From Macrostomum lignano (Eukaryota), in the NCBI GenBank assembly GCA_002269645.1, contig NIVC01002060.1, positions 1 through 30,606 of the forward strand: a stretch of DNA of 30,606 bases. The letters run 5' to 3'. Of the stretch, positions 1 to 9,000 are shown one piece after another. Made by a program: the position numbers and the translations under genes. Every line of letters begins with the position of its first letter. Position 1 is the stretch's first letter. A model generated the notes under the pieces. That model saw only the letters and a program-made list of their open reading frames with translations, was not told the DNA's origin and did not search any database.

Positions 1-560
1 ATTCTTAAACACCTGTTTAGTCTATGGGCGATTCTTAAATCACATGTTTAGTCTGTGGGCGATTCTTAAATACCTGTTTAGTCTATGGGCGATTCCTAAA
101 TCACATGCTTATTCAAGGGCGATTCTTAAATGACCGGTTTAGTCTATGGGCGATTCTTAAAACACCTGTTTAGTCTATGGGCGATTCTTAAACAACCTGT
201 TTAGTCTATGGCGATTCTTAAAACACCTGTTTAATCTATGGGCGATTCTTAAAACACCTGTTTAGTCTATGGGGCGATTCTTAAACACCTGTTTAGTCTA
301 TGGGCGATCTTAAAACACCTGTTTAGTCTATGGGCGATTCTTAAACACCTGTTTAGTCTATGGGCGATTTCTTAAATCACATGTTTAGTCTGTGGGCGAT
401 TCTTAAATCACCTGTTTAGTCTATGGGCGATTCCTAAATCACATGCTTAGTTCAAGGGCGATTCTTAAATGACCGGTTTAGTCTATGGGCGATTCTTAAA
501 ACACCTGTTTAGTCCATGGGGGTTCTTAAACTACCTGTTTAGTCTATGGGGATTCTCAAA
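1..560. repeat. Minisatellite, ~30-bp unit (GGGCGATTCTTAAAACACCTGTTTAGTCTAT), ~18 copies, truncated by the window start
   Basis: Direct tandem copies visible. Confidence 0.95.
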
Positions 561-1194
561 GCAACTGATTAATCCATTACAAAAGAATTAGTTATTGCGC
601 ACCTGTGTATTCTAAATATAATAGGCATAAATAATGTTGTATATACTTAGCGAACAAAATGAATTTCAAACAGGTGAATCTCTGGATAGATAAAAAATCA
701 CATAACACATAGTCTAGAGTTTGTACACGGCGAAGCAGTGCTTGGAATTCAAATTGCTTGAAGTACACGCAATCAAAATAATGAGAGTATTAATTAATAC
801 AATTTCTGGTAAAAATCATATATGAAGCTAGATCGATCGCGAAAATATGCTATTTAAATATGACTGCAAAAAACTACAACACACTACAGAACAGAACAAG
901 TGTTGGAAGGCGTCTGCGGCTACCCATGGCTAAAAATTTTTGGCACTGTCAACATATTTGAATGTGCATTATAAATATTAAATAAGCGGGCTAAGCGCAT
1001 CACAACAGGAATTATTTTTGCTAGAAGTACATTTATGCGGAATTCACCCTTACAGTCTAGCCATAGTAAGCACAAAAGTAATTTGTGTTTTACTTGCGTG
1101 TCTATGTACTGGTATTTCCTTTTTAGACTGAAAAAATCATAAAATTTAACTGACTGAGTACACTATGGCTGATTATGATCTATTTCCGATATTC

Positions 1195-1710
1195 ACCCCT
1201 ACTGTCCCTGTGACCCCTACTGTCCTCTGTGACCCCTACTGTCCTCTGTGACCCTACTGTCGTCTGTGACCCCTATTGTACTCTGTGTCCTTTACTGTCC
1301 CCTGCGACCCCTACTGTGACCCCTACTGTCGTCTGTGACCCCTATTGTACCCTGTGACCACTACTGTCCCCTGTGACCCCTTACTGTCCTCTGTGACCCC
1401 TACTGTCCCCTGCGACCCCTACTGTCCCATGCGACCCCTACTGTCCTCTGTGACCCGTACTGTCCTCTGTGACCACTACTGTCCCCTGTGACCCCTTACT
1501 GTCCTCTGTGACCCCTACTGTCCCCTGCGACCCCTACTGTCTCCTTGTGACCCCCACTGTCCCCTTGTGACCCCTACTGTCTCCTTGTGACCCCCACTGT
1601 CCCCTTGTGACCCCTACTGTCTCCTTGTGACCCCTTGTGACCCCTACTGTCCCCTGTGACACTACTGTTGCTTATGTAACCCTCTACTGTCCCTTCCCTG
1701 ACCCTTACTG
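1195..1710. repeat. Minisatellite, ~20-bp unit (CCCCTACTGTCCTCTGTGAC), ~25 copies
   Basis: Direct tandem copies visible. Confidence 0.93.
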
Positions 1711-2072
1711 TCACTGCACCTTATTTACGACTTATAGTGCCATTTCAGGAGCTCTGGGTCAAGTAACCATGGCTGCAAGTCCAATGCCCTCTACAGATGG
1801 AAGGTACTCTTTAAAAATGTAATCTAGGAATACATACACGCGTACTGTATGGAAAATTATTGGTTTAACAAAAAAATCAGGACACATTTGCTCATACGAG
1901 CTAGATTGAGGATAAAGGATACTGAACCAATTTAATTTGCGAAAGCTTTTGATAAACTACATCACAGCGCATGTTTCCGAGCAAGATTGTATATACAGCT
2001 AGCGATTCAGACCGGTACTGCAGTAAATACGGAGAGCACAACACAGAATTGAATAAATCGAATGGCACAGAG

Positions 2073-2091
2073 TCAGTTCAAATATCTGCTT
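2073..2091 (-). CDS. VPS39: Probable VPS39 terminal micro-exon 7 (adds SRYLN*)
   Basis: Donor GA|GTGAGT at 2625 overlaps the TGA stop. Strong acceptor CCTTTTTCTGTTCGCAG| at 2092. The phase-2 join gives GAA AGC AGA TAT TTG AAC TGA. Confidence 0.55.
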
Positions 2092-2204
2092 CTGCGAACA
2101 GAAAAAGGCGGTGGCAGATTTGAAATTAAGACAATCATTTCGAAAGGCCAGTCATTAAATATCAATGCACTTACTATTTAGGGGTGGGGATTTCAATGAG
2201 GATT

Positions 2205-2565
2205 CTGACACTCTGGGGGGCTGGCACAGCAACTGAAGATTTTGGAGGCTGGCCCAGCAACTGAGGATCTGGGAGGCTGGCCCAGTAACTGAGGATCTGG
2301 AGGCTGGCCCAGCAACTGAGGATCTGGGAGGCTGGCCCAGCAACTGAGGATCTGGGAGGCTGGCACAGCAACTGAGGATCTGGGAGGCTGGCCCAGTAAC
2401 TGAGGATCTGGGAGGCTGGCCCAGCAACTGAGGATCTGGGAGGCTGGCCCAGCAACTGAGGATCTGGGAGGCTGGCACAGCAACTGAGGATCTGGGAGGC
2501 TGGCCCAGCAACTGACACTCTGGGAGGCTGGCTCAGCAACTGGGGATCTGGAAGGCTGGCAGGAC
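2205..2565. repeat. Minisatellite, 28-bp unit (GATCTGGGAGGCTGGCCCAGCAACTGAG), ~12 copies, inside putative VPS39 intron 6
   Basis: Tandem copies; they explain the 28-aa periodic ORFs at 2155-2621. Confidence 0.95.
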
Positions 2566-2621
2566 AACCTCACAAGCCAGTATACTAGGCAACAGCAATA
2601 GCTATAAACACACACAGACAC

Positions 2622-3025
2622 TCACTCCGCCCCAGACTGTCCGCCACTCAGGCGAGCCCGCATCACCGCCATGCAGCCGTAGTGGGTGACCTGGCGCGAC
2701 GGGAACCTGGCAAAGGCGCTGGCCCCGATCCGGTTCTGGCAGACGCTGCACCGGGTGCCCTCCTCGATGGCCACCCGGCCGGAGCGGACCCGGGCGAAGG
2801 CGGCCGCAGTCTGCAGCCGCTCGGCGTGGTACAGACCGCGGCGGGACTGCAGCAGGCGCTTCTCGGCCTCGAGCCGTTGCAGCGATGTCAGCAGATAGTC
2901 GGACAGGTCGGCCAGCGGGGTGGCCGGCGGCAGCAGCGGCAGGACTCGGACAGGCGGTATCTGGCCGGCCGGCGTTTCAATAATTGTAGCGCGCGCTGCG
3001 TCATTGGCGCCGGAGCGCGCGGCGC
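2622..3025 (-). CDS. VPS39: VPS39 exon 6 (C-terminal Vps39_2 / zinc-binding-like region), with apparent 1-nt deletion near 2970
   Basis: Acceptor TTTTGTAG|GCG at 3025. It reads APRAPAPMTQRALQLLKR, then after a -1 shift AGQIPPVRVLPLLP...CSVCQNRIGASAFARFPSRQVTHYGC...SGAE*. This exon is absent from the ORF track. Confidence 0.85.
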
Positions 3026-6000
3026 CTACAAAAGTAGTGCTTTATTTATAACAAACCAAGGCAGACTGTTTTAGGATTTCACTTTGAAAGATGAGCAATA
3101 CGGGGGCCGATTTCATAAAAAAGCTACAAGTGACCAGTGAAAAGTCGACAAATGACAAGTGTCAAGCGTCAACGATTTTGGTTTCATAAACATGGGTCCT
3201 TAATCGTGTTAAAAATAACTCAATTTTATGTCAATGGTTGAGACACAATATGAATTTAAGGATCTGTGTTTTAGACAGACTTGCTTTAAAGACGGCCTCT
3301 GCGTTCTTCTTGGACTTCAATACACAGCTTTAAACCACTTTAAAGCTCACTTTCAGGGAGGTTATTGACATAGATTTTATTTTGCGGGATTTATTCGATC
3401 ACTTTCCCGGACATATTGCAAGGATTATTGTATGTATCTAAATAAGCGAGCTAGCTTCTCTCTTCTCTTTCCTTCCTGACTCGAGAAATTTCTTAATGAA
3501 ATTTTGTCTATGGTAAGAATGTGGGGGCTTTGCCGCCACACCCCTAGCAGGGGCTTCGCCCCCACACCCCCACCCCCAACTTCAATCATAGACATACAAG
3601 TATGGCTCCGGGATTTATCTGAATACATGCCGCAAAATTAAAGTAGTTTAAATAAGATATTCTATGAGTTTTTCGGTCGGTATTTCACTTAAATCCCATA
3701 CCGACCTCAAACCCATAGAAAATATTATACTTAATAAAGCTAAAATTGTCACAGCGACTTGTCAAAAACACAAGACAAGAGGAAGTATTTTCACACAGAA
3801 GCATCCAGCTTAGTGCATGTCTATGGACGAAAACCCCGAAGAAGCGATAGTAATTTGTCAAATTTCGCTTGTCACTTGTAATTTGTCCGACAAGTGCTTT
3901 ATGAATAGCCCTACTCACATGCAATTTATAGGCCTCGGCAGGCAGGGGCGCCAGCAGCGCTTTGATCAGCTGACCGTAGACCTCGCCCTGAAGGCTGGCT
4001 AGCGAAGAATCGGCCGCATCGCCAGTTTCGGCAGTTGGCTGGCTGAGAATCTCTTCAGCCAGAGACTCAGCCTTCTCCGGCGACTCCAAATACTGAGCCA
4101 GAATAGTGAATGCCAGCTCGTACTGGCCCAGCCTGCTCAGCAGCAGGGCTCGCTCCTCCAGCATGTCGTTGTTAGGATAGCGGGCCAGCAGCTCCTGGGC
4201 GTTGTAGTGCCGGGAGCGGCGCAGGAAGGCCAGCAGTCGGGACCGGGCGCCGGCCACGGCTAAAGGCTCGGTCTGCTGCTCAAGCCTGAGCCGGTACTGG
4301 TTAGCCAGTCGGGTGTGCAGCGATTCGCTGGTGTCAGGCGGCTTACAGTGCAGTACGCAGTGCTCAAGATAGTCTGTGAGCAGTTGGGGAGCGCTAGACT
4401 CCAGGAAATTGGCCACCTCTATGCGTGGCAGCGCATTGTCACCGTCTGCTTGGCTCTCTGTGAAGATTCGCAAGCCCTCCTTGGGGTCGCGCTCGATTAT
4501 CCACCGACTGTAGCGGAATATGAGATCCTGGTAGGGCACGCCCAGTTCCTGCACGATGCAACAGTTTTGTGGGATGCAGGGTTAGGGGATGCGGTGTCAG
4601 GATAGGGGGCTGCAGTGTCAGGATAGGGGGCTGCAGTGTCAGGATAGGGGGCTGCAGTGTCAGGATAGGGGCTGCAGTGTCAGGATAGGGGGCTGCAGTG
4701 TCAGGATAGGGGCTGCAGTGTCAGGATAGGGGCTGCAGTGTCAGGATAGGGGCTGCAGTGTCAGGATAGGGGGCTGCAGTGTCAGGATAGGGGCTGCAGT
4801 GTCAGGATAGGGGGCTGCAGTGTCAGGATAGGGGCTGCAGTGTCAGGATAGGGGGCTGCAGTGTCAGGGTAGGGGCTGCAGTGTCAGGGTAGGGGCTGCA
4901 GTGACAGGATAGGGGGCTGCAGTGTCAGGATAGGGGGCTGCAGTGTCAGGATAGGGGGCTGCAGTGTCAGGATAGGGGGCTGCAGTGTCAGGATAGGGGG
5001 CTGCAGTGTCAGGATAGGGGCTGCAGTGTCAGGATAGGGGGCTGCAGTGTCAGGATAGGGGCTGCAGTGTCAGGATAGGGGGCTGCAGTGTCAGGGTAGG
5101 GGCTGCAGTGTCAGGGTAGGGGCTGCAGTGACAGGATAGGGGGCTGCAGTGTCAGGATAGGGGGCTGCAGTGTCAGGATAGGGGGCTGCAGTGTCAGGAT
5201 AGGGGGCTGCAGTGTCAGGATAGGGGGCTGCAGTGTCAGGATAGGGGCTGCAGTGTCAGGATAGGGGGCTGCAGTGTCAGGATAGGGGGCTGCAGTGTCA
5301 GGATAGGGGGCTGCAGTGTCAGGGTAGGGACTGCAGTGTCAGGGTAGGGGCTGCAGTGACAGGATAGGGGCTGCAGTGACAGGATAGGGGCTGCAGTGTC
5401 AGGATAGGGGCTGCAGTGTCAGGATAGGGGGCTGCAGTGTCAGGATAGGGGGCTGCAGTGTCAGGATAGGGGGCTGCAGTGTCAGGGTAGGGACTGCAGT
5501 GTCAGGATAGGGGGCTGCAGTGTCAGGATAGGGGGCTGCAGTGTCAGGATAGGGGGCTGCAGTGTCAGGATAGGGGGCTGCAGTGTCAGGGTAGGGACTG
5601 CAGTGTCAGGGTAGGGGCTGCAGTGACAGGATAGGGGCTGCAGTGACAGGATAGGGGCTGCAGTGTCAGGATAGGGGCTGCAGTGTCAGGATAGGGGGCT
5701 GCAGTGTCAGGATAGGGGGCTGCAGTGTCAGGATAGGGGGCTGCAGTGTCAGGATAGGGGGCTGCAGTGTCAGGGTAGGGGCTGCAGTGTCAGGATAGGG
5801 GGCTGCAGTGTCAGGATAGGGGGCTGCAGTGTCAGGATAGGGGCTGCAGTGTCAGGATAGGGGGCTGCAGTTTCAGGAAGTGGCTGCAGTGACAGGATAG
5901 GGAGCTGCAGTGACAGGATAGGGGGCTGCAGTGTCAGGATAGGGGGCTGCAGTGTCAGGATACGGGCTGCAGTGACAGGAAAAGTTGCTGCAGTGACAGG

Positions 6001-9000
6001 ATAGGGGCTGCAGTGACAGGAAAAGTTGCTGCAGTGACAGGAAGTGGCTGCAGTGACAGGATAGGGGCTGCAGTGTCAGGATAGGGGCTGCAGTGTCAGG
6101 GTAGGGGCTGCAGTGTCAGGATAGGGGCTGCAGTGTCAGGATAGGGGGCTGCAGTGTCAGGATAGGGGGCTGCAGTGTCAGGATAGGGGGCTGCAGTGTC
6201 AGGATAGGGGCTGCAGTGTCAGGATAGGGGCTGCAGTGTCAGGATAGGGGCTGCAGTGTCAGGATAGGGGGCTGCAGTGACAGGAAAAGTTGCTGCAGTG
6301 ACAGGATAGGGGGCTGCAGTGTCAGGATAGGGGGCTGCAGTGACAGGAAAAGTTGCTGCAGTGACAGGAAGTGGCTGCAGTGACAGGATAGGGGGCTGCA
6401 GTGTCAGGATAGGGGGCTGCAGTGACAGGAAAAGTTGCTGCAGTGACAGGAAGTGGCTGCAGTGACAGGATAGGGGGCTGCAGTGACAGGATAGGGGGCT
6501 GCAGTGACAGGATAGGGGGCTGCAGTGACAGGATAGGGGGCTGCAGTGACAGGATAGGTTAATGCGGTAATGTTAGACTAAGGTTTCAAGATAGAGTTCT
6601 ACAACAGTCAAACAGAAAAGCTAAATCCGATTTACCTGCAGGTACTGCACGCTGTCCTCAATATTGGAGATCTGAGAGCCGGGTTGCTGATAGTGCTCCA
6701 TGAGCAGTTTCAAACTTGACTCGTGATCGTTATTGTTTTTATAGAGCAGCAGCAGGCTTGACCACATTCGCTTCTGTTTCAGACAGGCTTCCGCCTCGCG
6801 CAGGTGACAATAGTTGGTGGTGCGAAGCAGGGAAGGCACCAGAGCGGGATTGCTCTCCAGGTAGCATTTCAGCAGTGAAGTGTCAACTAGCTGACGGAGC
6901 TTCTCTAAGTCAGCGGTGATTGGCTGTGGTGGAAGGCATCAGGTTGAAGCCGTTTGCACTTTCCAGTTCGCTTCGAAGCCAGACTCCAGATTGCCTACTC
7001 TCCTTTTAGCCACTGCTATCTACTCTCCCCCAGCCACTGCTATCTACTATTGACCAGCCACTGCTATCTACTATTGACCAGCCACTGCTATCTACTATTG
7101 ACCAGCCACTGCTATCTACTATTGACCAGCCACTGCTATCTACTATTGACCAGCCACTGCTATCTAATCTCCCCCCAGCCGCTGCTATCTACTCTTGACC
7201 AGCCGCTGCTATCTAATCTCCCCCCAGCCGCTGCTATCTACTATTGACCAGCCACTGCTATCTACTATTGACCAGCCACTGCTATCTACTATTGACCAGC
7301 CACTGCTATCTACTATTGACCAGCCACTGCTATCTACTATTGACCAGCCACTGCTATCTACTATTGACCAGCCACTGCTATCTACTATTGACCAGCCACT
7401 GCTATCTACTATTGACCAGCCACTGCTATCTAATCTCCCCCCAGCCGCTGCTATCTACTCTTGACCAGCCGCTGCTATCTAATCTCCCCCCAGCCGCTGC
7501 TATCTACTCTTGACCAGCCGCTGCTATCTACTCTCCCCCCAGCCACTGCTATCTACTCTCGACCAGCCACTGCTGTCTAATCTCCCCCAGCCGCTGCTAT
7601 CTAATCTCCCCCCAGCCGCTGCTATCTACTCTCGACCAGCCACTGCTGTCTAATCTCCCCCAGCCGCTGCTATCTAATCTCCCCCCAGCCGCTGCTATCT
7701 ACTCTCCCCCTTAGCCACTGCTATCTACTCCCCCTTAGCCACTGCTATCTACTCCCCCTTAGCCACTGCTATCTACTCCCCCTTAGCCACTGCTATCTAC
7801 TCCCCCTTAGCCACTGCTATCTACTCCCCCTTAGCCACTGCTATCTACTCCCCCTTAGCCACTGCTATCTACTCCCCCTTAGCCACTGCTATTTACTCCC
7901 CCTTAGCCACTGCTGTCTACTCTCCCCCCTTAGCCACTGCTGTCTACCCTCCCCCTTAGCCACTGCTGTCTACTCTCCCCTTAGCCACTGCTATCTTCTC
8001 CCCCTTAGCCACTGCTGTCTACTCTCCCCCCTTAGCCACTGCTGTCTACCCTCCCCCCTTAGCCACTGCTGTCTACTCTTCTCTCTTAGCCTTTGTAGCC
8101 CCTGAGAATCTCACACCTTAGAATCTTACTCATTAGAAAATCCGGCCCCTGAGAATCTCACCCCTGATTATTTCACTCGTGAGAATCTCAGCCCTGAGAC
8201 TCTCTTCTCCCTAAGAATCTCTCGAAGGGGGTAGCCTAGTGGTCTCTGATGTGCCAGCGGCCCAGGCTCGATTCCAAGTGCATTCACGTTAATTTGGGGC
8301 TAAATTGGAATCTCAGCTTGGCTCTGCTCGTGCAATTGCCGCCCTTCAGGGCCAACCCTTAAGGCACAGTAAAGTGTACATGCCTAATGATAAAGTCAGG
8401 GCCGCTGTGCACTCCTGTGTGAGAGTGTGCCTGTGAGAATGACTGCGTACGTATCCGTGCGCTTGTGTGCCTGCTCAGGGGAGTCGGCGGAACGGGCAGC
8501 AATGCCTCTCGCCGGTTGTGTGACAATGTCGCCGCCCACGCCCCCGGGACCCTCCCCAGGCGACCAGCAGCTCACCTGGTATTTGTCAACAGTGTAGAAC
8601 TGAATAGGAGGCGGCGGCGGCACCTTCTGAGCGATCTGAGCTAGCAGCTTCTTGCGCACCGAAGACAAATACTTGGCCAAAGCGAAGTAGCTCTCCAACA
8701 GGTCCTGGCCGCTGAACTCAGGCACCCGGCCGGGAAAGCTGACCCGATCCCGGAACTCCCTCGGCGCGATAGGGTACATGGCAACCACATTGGCCGGATC
8801 AATGCTCAGCAGCTCTAACAGGTCCAGCGACTCAGCGAACTGGCGCTGGCAGAACAGGTTGAAGGCGTAGTGGCACTTCACCAGCGAGACGTCAATGTCC
8901 CGCAGCTCGTCCGCCCTGTCCGGATCCGACTGGCCGATCTCGTGCAGCCGTAGGGCCAGCTCAAAATCGCGACGCTGTATGAGAACTTTTATCTGGGCTG

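Noticed and set aside
2155-2621. Three overlapping minus-strand ORFs (118-142 aa)
   Set aside because: They are translations of the stop-free 28-bp array; the same 28-aa period appears in all frames.
2960-2990. Programmed -1 ribosomal frameshift in VPS39
   Set aside because: No X XXY YYZ slippery heptamer in frame (TTA TTG AAA CGC); an indel explains it more simply.
6954-7513. TSHCYLLL and TIDQPLLS repeat ORFs
   Set aside because: Translations of the 24-bp intronic array, antisense to VPS39.
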